A stretch of 49,566 bases of DNA, taken from positions 1-49,566 of the forward strand of contig JACCLF010000023.1 of the NCBI GenBank assembly GCA_013425405.1, written 5' to 3'. The translations under genes were made by a program, and so were the position numbers. Source of the stretch: Candidatus Micrarchaeota archaeon (GTDB taxonomy: Archaea > Micrarchaeota > Micrarchaeia > Burarchaeales > Fermentimicrarchaeaceae). Of the stretch, positions 1 to 9,688 are shown one piece after another; positions within the stretch are counted from its first letter, which is position 1; each line of letters begins with the position of its first letter. The notes beneath the pieces are model-generated. The model was not told the DNA's origin, did no database searches, and saw only the letters and a program-made list of their open reading frames with translations.

Positions 1-1272
1 GGTGAGGTCGGAAGGAACTGTATACTGGTTGAGGATGGAAGGGCAAATCTTCTGCTTGATGCTGGCGTGAAGCTGGGGGAAACTGACGAATACCCGCTCA
101 TACGCGACGATGAGGTAAGGAAACTGCAAAGGATAGCCATAAGTCATACCCATCTTGACCACATGGGTTATTTGCCTTTTATGTATGCAAAGGGCTGCAG
201 GGCGCAGATATACTCAACCAAGCCGACGCATGACTTGAGCCAGCTGCTGCTTGCGGATTACCAGCGCATAAACAGGGGCATGAAGTTCAGCAGTAACGAC
301 ATAATAAAGGCAATGAAGATGTGGAAGATGGTTGAGTATGGGGAAGTTGTTGGCGATGGGCTGAAATTCTCCTTCCATAAATCCGGCCACATACTTGGAA
401 GCTCCATGGTGCTTGTGCAGGGCGACAGCAGGCTGCTCTTCAGCTCTGATGTCAATGACAGGGAGACAAAGTTGCTGGACCCTGCTGAGAAGAACCTGGT
501 TGCCGAGAACCTTATAATTGAGAGCACCTACGGGGCTCCGGGAGATGAGCATCCGACCCTTAAGAATGCTTCAAAGATGCTGTGCGACAGCATAAACAGG
601 ACAATAAAGAAAGGAGGGAAAGTCATCATACCGAGTTTTGCTGTAGGGAGGGCGCAGGACATACTTTTCGTCCTTGAGAGCTACATGAGCTCTGGAGTTC
701 TTGAACATGTGCCTATATTTGTTGACGGGATGATACTGAAGGCGAACAGGATATACCGGCAGAATGTGATATATGCAAGAGATGAGATACAGAAGAGAAT
801 ACTGATGAGCGATGACGACCCGTTCAAAAGCAGATTCTTCCATACCCCCCACACAAAGGACAGGAGCGATGTGATTGAGAGCGGGAGCGCAATAATTGTA
901 TCCACCTCGGGAATGCTCACTGGAGGTCCTGTGCTGCACTACATGGAGAAGCTTGCAGGAGACAACAGGAACCTTCTCATCTTTGTTGGCTACCAGGCGG
1001 AGGGGACACTGGGGAGGAAGCTGGTTGAGGGGCAGAAGCACATGACAATAGATGGCAAGGAAATTGAGATTAAAATGGGTGTTGAGCAGCTGTCTTTCAG
1101 CGCCCATGCAGACTATAAGGGCTTGCTGGATATGGTGAGGAGCACAAAGAAGCTGAAGAGGGTTTTTGTGATACACGGGGAGGAGGACAAGCCCAGGGAG
1201 CTTGGAGAGGCAATAGGCAAGATGGGTTATGAAGTTATCATCCCAAAGAATGAGGAGAGCTTCAGGATTTAA
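1..1272 (+). CDS. MBL-fold beta-CASP ribonuclease (aCPSF/Ysh1-like), 5' end outside window
   Basis: Frame open from base 1 (GEVGRNCILVED...LLLDAG); SHTHLDH, GHILGS, ESTYG, FSAHAD, VIHGE motifs. Confidence 0.9.
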   Translation, partial: GEVGRNCILVEDGRANLLLDAGVKLGETDEYPLIRDDEVRKLQRIAISHTHLDHMGYLPFMYAKGCRAQIYSTKPTHDLSQLLLADYQRINRGMKFSSNDIIKAMKMWKMVEYGEVVGDGLKFSFHKSGHILGSSMVLVQGDSRLLFSSDVNDRETKLLDPAEKNLVAENLIIESTYGAPGDEHPTLKNASKMLCDSINRTIKKGGKVIIPSFAVGRAQDILFVLESYMSSGVLEHVPIFVDGMILKANRIYRQNVIYARDEIQKRILMSDDDPFKSRFFHTPHTKDRSDVIESGSAIIVSTSGMLTGGPVLHYMEKLAGDNRNLLIFVGYQAEGTLGRKLVEGQKHMTIDGKEIEIKMGVEQLSFSAHADYKGLLDMVRSTKKLKRVFVIHGEEDKPRELGEAIGKMGYEVIIPKNEESFRI

Positions 1273-1302
1273 TATTTAAATTAGAGACGCCATTCTAATT
1301 GT

Positions 1303-2619
1303 ATGGAATCTGAGTTCATTGAGAGGTGCCAGGAAGTCAGAAAATGCATAGAGAGCTTCAGCAAGCCCCTTATTGTGCACCACTACGATGCAGATGGAAT
1401 GGCTGCAGGCGCTCTTGTTGCAAAGGCACTGAGAAAGAGGGGAATCGCATATAATATGCTGACTCTGCGCAGGCTGGAAGCGAGAAGTGAAATAAAGGAG
1501 GCAAAAGAGCTGATTTTTGTTGATTTTGGCGGAGTTGAGGAGGCACTGGGGGGAGTGCTGGAAGGAAAGGATGTTGTTATAATAGACCACCACCAGGGCA
1601 AGGAAGGTAAGTTTCTGCAGGCGAATCCGCACCTCTCTGGATTTGACGGGGGGAGCGACATAAGCTCATCCGGCACAGCTTACCTTGTGTTTGGAGATGC
1701 CGAGCTTGTAGACTTGGCTCTTGTGGGCGCTGTGGGAGACATGCAATTCCCGCTCAAGAGCCTAAACAGGGAGATTCTCAAGGAGGGAATAAAGAATGGA
1801 ATTGCCAGGTGCGATATTGATTTGGGCATCTTCGGGAGGATGAGCCGGCCCCTTGTGTGGTTCCTCTCCTACTGCACAGAGCCTTTCCTGCCAGGCCTCA
1901 CTGGGAATGAGAAGAACTGCCACAAGTTTCTCAAAGAGGCAGGTATAGAAGTTAAGCAGGAGAACAAATGGAGAAGGTATTTTGAGCTCAGTATGGAGGA
2001 GAGGGTGCAGCTCATCTCGGCTCTTGTTTCATACCTCTACTCAAAAGGGATTGGGGAGGTTGCCAACGAGCTCATTGGAGAGGTGTATATCCTTGCAAAA
2101 CAGCCAGAGGGGAGCGAGCTGAGCGATGCCAAGGAATACAGCACTCTTCTGAATGCGTGCGGGAGGCATGACCGGCCGGACATAGGAATAAGGGTGTGCC
2201 TAGAGGAGGAGGGAGCTCTGGAGGAAGCCAGAAAGCTTCTTTATGAACACAGGAGGCAGCTGAGGGAAGGGATGTTCTACGCAATTTCCAAGTATGAAGA
2301 TTACGGGAAGTTTTATTTCCTTGACGGGAGGGGCCACATAGAAGACGGCGTTATAGGAATTATCGCAGGCATGCTCTACGGGGGGGCTCTTGCCAGCGAC
2401 AAGCCGATAGTTGGAATTGCAACTGATGAGGAAGGCAGGGTAAAAATCTCTGCAAGGGCAACCAAGAAGCTTGTTGAGAGAGGAGTGAATTTGGGTGAAG
2501 CCCTTGGCAATGCATGCAGAGGAATAGGAGCGGGGGGAGGGCATAACATAGCTGCAGGCGCAACCATAGAAAGCAATAAGCTCAATGAATTCCTCATAAA
2601 CTTCGCAAAAGAACTATAG
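1303..2619 (+). CDS. DHH/DHHA1 phosphoesterase, archaeal RecJ/GAN-like nuclease
   Basis: HYDADG, FVDFG, IIDHH, GAVGD, LLNACGR and C-terminal GGGHNIAAG motifs. Confidence 0.88.
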   Translation: MESEFIERCQEVRKCIESFSKPLIVHHYDADGMAAGALVAKALRKRGIAYNMLTLRRLEARSEIKEAKELIFVDFGGVEEALGGVLEGKDVVIIDHHQGKEGKFLQANPHLSGFDGGSDISSSGTAYLVFGDAELVDLALVGAVGDMQFPLKSLNREILKEGIKNGIARCDIDLGIFGRMSRPLVWFLSYCTEPFLPGLTGNEKNCHKFLKEAGIEVKQENKWRRYFELSMEERVQLISALVSYLYSKGIGEVANELIGEVYILAKQPEGSELSDAKEYSTLLNACGRHDRPDIGIRVCLEEEGALEEARKLLYEHRRQLREGMFYAISKYEDYGKFYFLDGRGHIEDGVIGIIAGMLYGGALASDKPIVGIATDEEGRVKISARATKKLVERGVNLGEALGNACRGIGAGGGHNIAAGATIESNKLNEFLINFAKEL

Positions 2620-3495
2620 TATCCTGCAGCCTACTATTTCGAATAGAGCCATTAGAATGAACTGCGCGATAAGATTGGCCACCATGGGAAGCACAGCATT
2701 TGCACCAAAAAGTTTTAGCACTATGGCAAACGACAGCATGGCATTCTTGACGCTGGTTGCAACGAAAAAAGTTACTGCTGACTTCTTTCCGTATCTCATG
2801 CCAAATAGATAGGCCAGCACACCGCCAAGAAGGAGTATGAAGAAAATCATGACCGTCTCCTGTAGGAAGAGGTACTCGTTTCCAACTATGTTTCCATAGC
2901 TCACTCCGATAATGCTTGAGGCGAGGAGGAACATGACAACAAGCTGGCAGTCCTTGTGTTTGTTTATGCTTTCAACCAGTTTTTTGAAGAGTTTTTTTGA
3001 AATCAGTGCGGTGAGTATTGGAATTATTATAACTTCGATAAGAATTGTGAAAATTTTATTATTATCAATTGAGCCTGCAGCCCCGCCCAGCAGGTATACT
3101 GTTGTGGGAAGCGTGACTATTGAAAGAAGCGAGGCAATGAAAGAGATTGCAACCCCAAGTGCAATATCCCCTCCTAGAAATGATGAGAAGAATGCTGTTG
3201 CCGCTGCGCTTGGTGACGCCAGGGCGAAAAGCACTCCTATGAAAGTCATGGAGTCTGTAAGCTTGAAAGGCAGGGAGAGCAGCGGCATTAGAACAAAGAC
3301 AAAGAGCAGAAGAACCAACAGCTGCCTGGGGTTGGCCTTTTCCAAATCTTTCTTTTCCACCCTCAGTGCAGAGAAAAACATCAGCAGAGCAAGAAGGAAG
3401 TTCTGGTAATCTTTCCACAGCACGGTCACATTTGGAAACAGCAATCCGGAGATTATTGAAAGAAATATAACAATTGAGAAAAGGTATTTACTCAT
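2614..3495 (-). CDS. Bile acid:sodium symporter (SBF/BASS) family transporter
   Basis: Polytopic hydrophobic protein with ASPSA..., GGDIALG and VKNAMLS motifs; start chosen at MSKY. Confidence 0.8.
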   Translation of the reverse strand: MSKYLFSIVIFLSIISGLLFPNVTVLWKDYQNFLLALLMFFSALRVEKKDLEKANPRQLLVLLLFVFVLMPLLSLPFKLTDSMTFIGVLFALASPSAAATAFFSSFLGGDIALGVAISFIASLLSIVTLPTTVYLLGGAAGSIDNNKIFTILIEVIIIPILTALISKKLFKKLVESINKHKDCQLVVMFLLASSIIGVSYGNIVGNEYLFLQETVMIFFILLLGGVLAYLFGMRYGKKSAVTFFVATSVKNAMLSFAIVLKLFGANAVLPMVANLIAQFILMALFEIVGCRIL

Positions 3496-4144
3496 CTGCA
3501 TCAAACTCGCTGAGCTTTCTCTGCTTCAGTTTATCAATTGTTTCCCACTCCTCCCGTATGTACTTGTGAATTTCCGCCCTGTGGAAGTTCTTCTTTAGAA
3601 AATCTATAGTCCTGTCATCAGACGTGTAGCCGCTCCCGAAATTACATCCGAGTTCCTTCTTAATTTCCTCAATCACTGCATCCCTCTCAACCTTTGCTAT
3701 GATTGACGCGGCAGAACATATCGGATAGTTGAAGTCCGCCTTGTGCTCGCAGATAAGCTCCTCATTCCCAGAATGGTATTTCCTTATTCTTGTGCAGAAT
3801 CTTTTTGCAATGGTGTCTGGGGAGTCAATGTAAACAACCTCAGGAGGAGTTTTGAGCAGCGACAGGGCTTTCCCAAGCTCCATTGCCTCAATTTCATTCA
3901 GGCTATGCTTTTTCATCTCCTCATTTAAAGAATTTGCAGTCGTCTTCATCACCACAAACTCGCTGCATATTGAAACTATCTTACCGTAAAGGTGCTCCCT
4001 CTTTTTAGGCGTGAGCAGTTTGGAATCCTTCACCCCAATCTCCCTGAGCTCCTCCTCCCTGTCTTTTTCAACTGTTGCAAGGCATATGACAAGCGGGCCG
4101 AGCACGCACCCCCTGCCAGCCTCGTCTGCCCCTCCTATGAGTAT
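3488..4144 (-). CDS. rnhB: Ribonuclease HII (apparent ATA start)
   Basis: GADEAGRGCVLGPL lies upstream of the ORF-track start; DSK, EHKAD, SAASIIAK, GSGY motifs; PIP-box-like QRKLSEF tail. Confidence 0.93.
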   Translation of the reverse strand: MLIGGADEAGRGCVLGPLVICLATVEKDREEELREIGVKDSKLLTPKKREHLYGKIVSICSEFVVMKTTANSLNEEMKKHSLNEIEAMELGKALSLLKTPPEVVYIDSPDTIAKRFCTRIRKYHSGNEELICEHKADFNYPICSAASIIAKVERDAVIEEIKKELGCNFGSGYTSDDRTIDFLKKNFHRAEIHKYIREEWETIDKLKQRKLSEFDADE

Positions 4145-4193
4145 GGCATCACCTCTCTTAGACTAAAGAAACAGAATGAGAAGGATAAAAAAA

Positions 4194-4445
4194 TCAAAGC
4201 ACTTTTTTGTCCAGTATTATGTGGTCTGAAACGGCAAGGACTGCGGTGTACGGAATGAGGAGCATTCCTTCCTCCCTCTTCATCTTCCTCACTGTGGGGT
4301 TGTCGACGTTGGGCTCAACAATCAGCGACTCAATCCTTCCAGTGACCTCGCTGACGTAGGCGTCAACGAATTTCCCTATCTCTTCACCGTCGTTTGTTAT
4401 CAGTTTCTTGCCAGCCAGCTGTTTCGCAATAACAAATTTTCCCAT
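4194..4445 (-). CDS. PRC-barrel domain protein
   Basis: GKKLITNDGEEIG...VTGRIESL...IPYTAVLAVSDHII pattern. Confidence 0.85.
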   Translation of the reverse strand: MGKFVIAKQLAGKKLITNDGEEIGKFVDAYVSEVTGRIESLIVEPNVDNPTVRKMKREEGMLLIPYTAVLAVSDHIILDKKVL

Positions 4446-4490
4446 TAATACCACCTTTCAATTACAAGAGACTTCTTTCTTCTAGGTTAT

Positions 4491-4955
4491 TTAAATAGCT
4501 TTCGCATAGCCACGCCAGAAAAGCGGAATTAGACCTGCCATGAAAGCTAAGGCGAAGATTATTCTAACTTGTTTTTCATCGCTAATGCCGAAGTATAACA
4601 TGCCAAATACGGCTGCCAACACAATTATGAGCATTATAATCAGCTCCTTAAAAGGCGGGTACAAAATATGATGGAGAGGTGTCCTCAAGATATCACGTAT
4701 CTTTTCTGCCTCCTCCTTAGATTCTTTGATTTTTTTATCAAGTTCATTCCCTCTGTGGTATAGATATGGGAAGGCAAGTATTGCTCCAATCAGAAAAGCT
4801 ATCCAAGGATTAACATTAAAAATAACGGATAGGGTAAGTGTTATCGCAACGAAAACGAATCCTCCTACATACTGTATTTTTTTAAGCTCTTTCGCAAAAC
4901 TTTCTATTTTCCTTCTTTCTGCTTGGCTCAAACAATCACTTAGGGCTGCTCCCAC
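4491..4955 (-). CDS. Hypothetical membrane protein (~4 TM), AT-rich; start uncertain (possibly TTG at 4931)
   Basis: ORF with four hydrophobic segments and lower GC than its neighbours. Confidence 0.65.
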   Translation of the reverse strand: MGAALSDCLSQAERRKIESFAKELKKIQYVGGFVFVAITLTLSVIFNVNPWIAFLIGAILAFPYLYHRGNELDKKIKESKEEAEKIRDILRTPLHHILYPPFKELIIMLIIVLAAVFGMLYFGISDEKQVRIIFALAFMAGLIPLFWRGYAKAI

Positions 4956-6100
4956 TCTATCTCGTAATATTCGTACTTGCTTCCCGGCAGCTCTATCCTC
5001 CTCACCCGGTAGTATGTGACAGATGTCTCCCTGTCGCTTATAGCAAGAATCAAATCCAGCCCGAGCTTCTTTGCACCTTCAATTGCCTCTGCGAGCTCAG
5101 CTCCTCCTATCTGCTCCTCCTCGCTGAGTGAGAGCATCACAAAGCTAGGGTCATCCTTGCCAGGAACTTCCACCCCTCCATTCTTCCTGTGGTAGAGAAG
5201 GAAATCCAGCTTTGCCGTTGCCTTTCTCTTAGCACCTGGGATTGCGAGTATGAATGTTTTCCTCACGCTGTGCGCCACTCTTATTGCCCTTGCCCACTCA
5301 GAGATTAACATTCTGCTGCTCCTTGGGAATACATGTATAACATGCTTGGAGTGCACCCACTCCTCCCCCGTCTTTGTTGGAGAAGCCTTGGGGAAATACA
5401 CCCTGAAATGCGTCCCGAACTTGAAGCCTGTCTTGAGTATGAAACCCCTCAGCCTCCAGTTTTCATATACATCATACATGTAATGCAAATCTGGCCTGCT
5501 CTTTTTAGCATATGCCTTGACCTTCTTCTCGCTTGAATTTTTTAGATGCAGCCCGCAGTGCTCCAGCATGAAAAGAGTTTCGTACACATCCAGCTTTGAG
5601 AGCTTGCCTCTCTGCTCCGCCTTGTAGCTGCCAAACTGCCCCAGCCAGTAGTTCTCATACAGCTCTTTTCCAACCTCCGCATCATCAATAATTGTAATCA
5701 AATCATCCGGGAAGAACAAGCCTTCAATGCTGTATTTGGGGGATGTGAATTTGCCAGAGGGGTATTTCTTGATTGGGCTTTTCCCGTACCCTCCCTTTGC
5801 TTCTTCAATATTCCTTATCATGAGTCCCCTGTCCCTCCAGTCTTTATAGGTGAAATACCTTGCCATTAGCTTCTTTGAGTACAAGAAATATGAAAGGTCG
5901 TTGAACCTCAGCTCGTTGCCCTTCTCATCATAGCATTTTGCGTTCCTTATGTCCATGAGGTAGAGTGCCTCCTCGGGAAAAAGGTAGACGGCTCCTTTCT
6001 TCATCAAGCCGTAATGCCCGTTCTGCAAGGAGCTGACAGACTCGGGCTCGCTAACGATGAGCTCCCTGCTCTGCCTGTTGAACTCAATTGTCACCGGCAT
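4940..6100 (-). CDS. endA: tRNA-splicing endonuclease, three-unit epsilon2 (ARMAN) type
   Basis: KTGFKFGTHFRVY, HSKHV, RVAHSVRKTFILA catalytic unit within ~386 aa; start at MPVTIEF. Confidence 0.92.
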   Translation of the reverse strand: MPVTIEFNRQSRELIVSEPESVSSLQNGHYGLMKKGAVYLFPEEALYLMDIRNAKCYDEKGNELRFNDLSYFLYSKKLMARYFTYKDWRDRGLMIRNIEEAKGGYGKSPIKKYPSGKFTSPKYSIEGLFFPDDLITIIDDAEVGKELYENYWLGQFGSYKAEQRGKLSKLDVYETLFMLEHCGLHLKNSSEKKVKAYAKKSRPDLHYMYDVYENWRLRGFILKTGFKFGTHFRVYFPKASPTKTGEEWVHSKHVIHVFPRSSRMLISEWARAIRVAHSVRKTFILAIPGAKRKATAKLDFLLYHRKNGGVEVPGKDDPSFVMLSLSEEEQIGGAELAEAIEGAKKLGLDLILAISDRETSVTYYRVRRIELPGSKYEYYEIEWEQP

Positions 6101-6149
6101 CTCTTCACTGAATATAAATATATTCATATAAATTTAAATTGGTGCCACA

Positions 6150-7121
6150 ATGCCGTACATACCAGAAGTTCTTGCATCGCAGCTGAGGAAGCAGCAGTAT
6201 CATATAGTTGGCAGCCATTCTGCAGTGAAGAGCTGCAAATATCTGAAGGAAGGCATACTCGGTAAGAGGCTGTGCTACAAGCACACATTCTACGGAATAG
6301 ACAGCTGGAGGTGCCTGCAGTGCTCCACCATGGTGAGCTGCAACCTTTCCTGCCGCTTCTGCTGGAGGATATCGCCCGAGGATGTTGGCCTAAGCTGGAA
6401 CGAGATGAGCACGCCTGAATGGGATTCGCCTGAAGTGCTTGTTGAAGGCTTTCTTAAGGAGCAGAAGAGGATAGTTTCGGGCTACAAGGGAAACCCGGTG
6501 GTGGACAGGAAGAGATGGGAGGAGGCAAACAAGCCTGCCCATGTTGCAATAAGCCTTGTTGGAGAGGTGACAATGTACCCCTTCCTCTCGGAGCTCATTG
6601 AAATATTCCATAAAATGGGGATGAGCACCTTCATTGTGACAAACGGCACCCTTCCAGATAAACTCAGTAGCATGAAGGATCTTCCAACGCAGCTCTACAT
6701 GTCCCTTGAGGCTCCTGACGAGGAAACCTACCTCAAGACGTGCAGACCAAAGGTGAAAGGTGCATGGGAAAATGTGAATAGGACCCTTGAGCTTTTTCCC
6801 TCGCTTAAAACAAGAAAAGTCTTGAGGCTTACTCTTGTGAAGAGGTTGAACATGCACAAGCCTGAAGGGTATGCAAAGCTCATTCTCAGGGCAGAGCCGG
6901 ACTATGTTGAGCCCAAGAGCTTTGTCTTTGTAGGCGGCGCGAGATATAACAGAGGGCTGGAGCTTGGGGACATGCCAAGCCATGGCGAGATAAGGGAGTT
7001 CGCAGAGAGACTTTCCAAGGAGACGGGCTACATCATATCAGATGAGAGGACTGACAGCAGGGTTGTTCTTCTATGCAGGGATAAGGATGCCGAGAGGAAA
7101 AGAATGCTTCAGAAGAAGTAG
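6150..7121 (+). CDS. taw1: 4-demethylwyosine synthase Taw1/TYW1 (radical SAM)
   Basis: HSAVKSC, CYKHTFYGI, CNLSCRFCWR, YVEPKSF motifs. Confidence 0.93.
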   Translation: MPYIPEVLASQLRKQQYHIVGSHSAVKSCKYLKEGILGKRLCYKHTFYGIDSWRCLQCSTMVSCNLSCRFCWRISPEDVGLSWNEMSTPEWDSPEVLVEGFLKEQKRIVSGYKGNPVVDRKRWEEANKPAHVAISLVGEVTMYPFLSELIEIFHKMGMSTFIVTNGTLPDKLSSMKDLPTQLYMSLEAPDEETYLKTCRPKVKGAWENVNRTLELFPSLKTRKVLRLTLVKRLNMHKPEGYAKLILRAEPDYVEPKSFVFVGGARYNRGLELGDMPSHGEIREFAERLSKETGYIISDERTDSRVVLLCRDKDAERKRMLQKK

Positions 7122-7405
7122 GTATTTCTGTCATGCTCCTTTGCTTTTGCTTCCATGACTGCACCCCTCAGCTCATCCGAAGTTGGAACGCCGACAAAGG
7201 TCAGTCTCCCGTTTATCAATATTGCAGGCGTAGACTCCAAGCTTAATTCATCTGCCATTGCCTGCCCCTCTTCGGTTATTATGCTTGACTCGTGCACTAT
7301 TACTGGGAACTTGCATTTTGAAACAAACCTGCTGGCAATTTTCAACGCCTTCGGAGAGTGGGGGCAGTTTGGAGAAGTTATTACTTCTATGTATATAGGA
7401 TCCAT
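7109..7405 (-). CDS. Small thioredoxin/glutaredoxin-like protein with CPHS site
   Basis: IEVITSPNCPHSP, TPAILING, FVGVP. Confidence 0.8.
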   Translation of the reverse strand: MDPIYIEVITSPNCPHSPKALKIASRFVSKCKFPVIVHESSIITEEGQAMADELSLESTPAILINGRLTFVGVPTSDELRGAVMEAKAKEHDRNTYFF

Positions 7406-7449
7406 GATTATTTTTTGTTGTCAGTTGTATAAAAACCCATAACAAAAGG

Positions 7450-8157
7450 TTAGGCAGACCTTAGAAGCCCCAGTTTCCTCTCGCTCTTGAAAACCTTGAT
7501 TTTTGAATTCAACTTCACTCCGTGAATGAACTGCCCGTCTATCACAAGGTCTGCATTGCCTGCAGTGACGCTCATCTCGCACCTTGTTGAATCTTGCACC
7601 ATAACTGGCTTGAATTCCCTCCTGTAAGGCGCTATTGGCACAATTTCATATTTCCTCGCTCTTGGTTTAAGCTGCTGCGCCCCTGCGGAATAGGCATAGG
7701 CACTTGAGCCCGTTGGTGTTGAGAAGAGCACCCCATCTGCTCTGAATTTTTTACCTTTGCCATGTAATGAAAGTGAAACATCAATAACCCGGTGGTCCCT
7801 GCTCCTGATGCATATTTCATTCAGAGCATTCTCGTAAACTCTGCCAGAAATGCTGCAGCGGAGCATGCTCCTCCACTCAATTCTTGAGCTGCGCAGCAAA
7901 GCTGAAAGCATCTCCCTCCAGTTCTTGAAGTTTGACTGGCAGATGAAGCTCCTTCCGCTCCCAATTCCAAAAATAGGCTGTGTATACCTGTCCTTGTTGT
8001 AAAGCATTGTGCCATCTCCACCGATGGTTATGAGAACATCCCCCCCTCTCCTCAGCTCGACTCCTTTCTTCTCAAGGAAGCTCTCAACCTCTTTTTTAAG
8101 CTCAACGGCTATTCTTTTCTCCGGATTTGGAATGACAAATGCGCTTCTTATCCTCAT
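7450..8157 (-). CDS. nadK: NAD kinase
   Basis: GGDGT, ALNE, DGVLFSTPTGSSAY, IDGQ. Confidence 0.92.
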   Translation of the reverse strand: MRIRSAFVIPNPEKRIAVELKKEVESFLEKKGVELRRGGDVLITIGGDGTMLYNKDRYTQPIFGIGSGRSFICQSNFKNWREMLSALLRSSRIEWRSMLRCSISGRVYENALNEICIRSRDHRVIDVSLSLHGKGKKFRADGVLFSTPTGSSAYAYSAGAQQLKPRARKYEIVPIAPYRREFKPVMVQDSTRCEMSVTAGNADLVIDGQFIHGVKLNSKIKVFKSERKLGLLRSA

Positions 8158-8161
8158 CTAA

Positions 8162-8560
8162 TCACTGCGATTTGAGTATGCTCACAACTATTTCCCTGTT
8201 TGACCTTGGCCCATCAAGCTCGCAGACTATTATCCTCTGCCATGTACCAAGAGCGAGCTTGCCATCCTCTATAGGTATTGTCCTCCCGCTTCCAATCAAC
8301 CCGCTGAGCAAGTGTGAGAGCGCATTGTTGTCTATGTGGTCGTGTGCATAATCCATCTTGGGCAGCATTTTTTCAAAAACCTGCTCAAAATCACGCTGGA
8401 GGTTCGGTTCAAACTCGTTTAGGACTATTGCAACGGTTGCATGAGGCGCATGCACAACGCAGGCGCCGGACTTCACCCCGCTCCTCTCCACTGCGTATTC
8501 GATCTGGCTGGTTATGTCAACCAACTCAACCTTCTTCTTTGTTGATATGGAAAACTGCAT
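8162..8560 (-). CDS. yjbQ: YjbQ/UPF0047 family protein
   Basis: VDIT, HATVAIVLNE, NALSHL, LGTWQRI, ELDGPR. Confidence 0.9.
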   Translation of the reverse strand: MQFSISTKKKVELVDITSQIEYAVERSGVKSGACVVHAPHATVAIVLNEFEPNLQRDFEQVFEKMLPKMDYAHDHIDNNALSHLLSGLIGSGRTIPIEDGKLALGTWQRIIVCELDGPRSNREIVVSILKSQ

Positions 8561-8564
8561 TACA

Positions 8565-8915
8565 TCACCTCATCCTGCAAAGATCAGCAGTATCATTATC
8601 CTGGATGAGATTGCACACAAGTGAGCTGTTAGCCCTCAATCCCAGCACCACATGCACACACTGCTCCCTGAGAGATGTGGCATCGCTACAGTCTGCCTCG
8701 GACAGCCTTGAGATTGCTATTCTCATCACGCAGTAATCTCTCATTGTTTCATTCTGAACTTCCTTGCATTCTGTTGAATTGGCATCCCTCAAGGCAAGGG
8801 AAGAAAAGCACTTATCCTTCAAATCGGGATTTGGGGACTGCCCGCACACGGAGCGCATATCCAATCCTAGGCATCCCAGCAGCAGAACGGACAGGAAGAG
8901 AAGCTTAAATTTCAT
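8565..8915 (-). CDS. Small Cys-rich exported/lipoprotein-like hypothetical protein
   Basis: LLLGC signal followed by repeated paired-Cys units. Confidence 0.65.
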   Translation of the reverse strand: MKFKLLFLSVLLLGCLGLDMRSVCGQSPNPDLKDKCFSSLALRDANSTECKEVQNETMRDYCVMRIAISRLSEADCSDATSLREQCVHVVLGLRANSSLVCNLIQDNDTADLCRMR

Positions 8916-8941
8916 AGGAGGTATAATGCAGCTGAGTTATT

Positions 8942-9688
8942 TTAAGGACATATGAAATGCTTTAGCGCCTCCTCTTCCATGAAGTGAAGCTTGCCAGGGA
9001 TAACAAGTATGAAAGGCGGCTTTCCAAGCTTTTTTTGAAGGAGTTCTTCCGGTTTGCCGTAGGTTATCTTCTGCTCACGGCTCCCCACTCTGCTCAGCAC
9101 CACGGCATGGAATTCCCCAAGCCTCTTTTTTTCCTTCTCAATTTTCAGCAGCTGCTGGAGAGCTTCGGATGCTTCCATGCACCTCTCTTTGATATCCAGA
9201 AACACAACTGAGTGCAATCCTCTCTCCCGGTTCTCGGCTATCACATCATAGCTGCTTGTGGGCTCATAGCCCTTGCTCCAAATTGCGAGGGTGCAGGGCT
9301 TTCCAAGCTTGTATGCCTGGAGACCGCACTCCCCAATCGCTGCCGTGAGGATGGATGAGGAGTGCACAACGGCAGTTTCTATCCCGTTTTTCTCTGCAGA
9401 GAGTTTCAGTGATATATGTGTTGTCGAAATAAGAGGATCGCCAGGGACAAGAAGGGCAACCTTCTTTGAGAGAGCTTCCTTCAGTATCTTTTCCTCTCCC
9501 TCAACCTCCTCCCTCCCAAGGAGGATTATTTTCTTGCCCGCAAGCTTTTCAAGGCGCTTGAGAGAGCTCTCTTCCCTACTCCCAGTATACTGCTCAGCAA
9601 AAATAACATCGCAGTCCTTCAGCTCCTCCAGCCCTCTTAGGCTGATGTCGCTTTCATCCCATATCCCCATTCCAACGAGAAGCAACAT
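8942..9688 (-). CDS. dph5: Diphthine synthase
   Basis: LVGMG, EQYT, PGDPLISTTH, GLQAYKLG, GLHSVVFLDI, PGKLHFMEEE. Confidence 0.93.
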   Translation of the reverse strand: MLLLVGMGIWDESDISLRGLEELKDCDVIFAEQYTGSREESSLKRLEKLAGKKIILLGREEVEGEEKILKEALSKKVALLVPGDPLISTTHISLKLSAEKNGIETAVVHSSSILTAAIGECGLQAYKLGKPCTLAIWSKGYEPTSSYDVIAENRERGLHSVVFLDIKERCMEASEALQQLLKIEKEKKRLGEFHAVVLSRVGSREQKITYGKPEELLQKKLGKPPFILVIPGKLHFMEEEALKHFICP

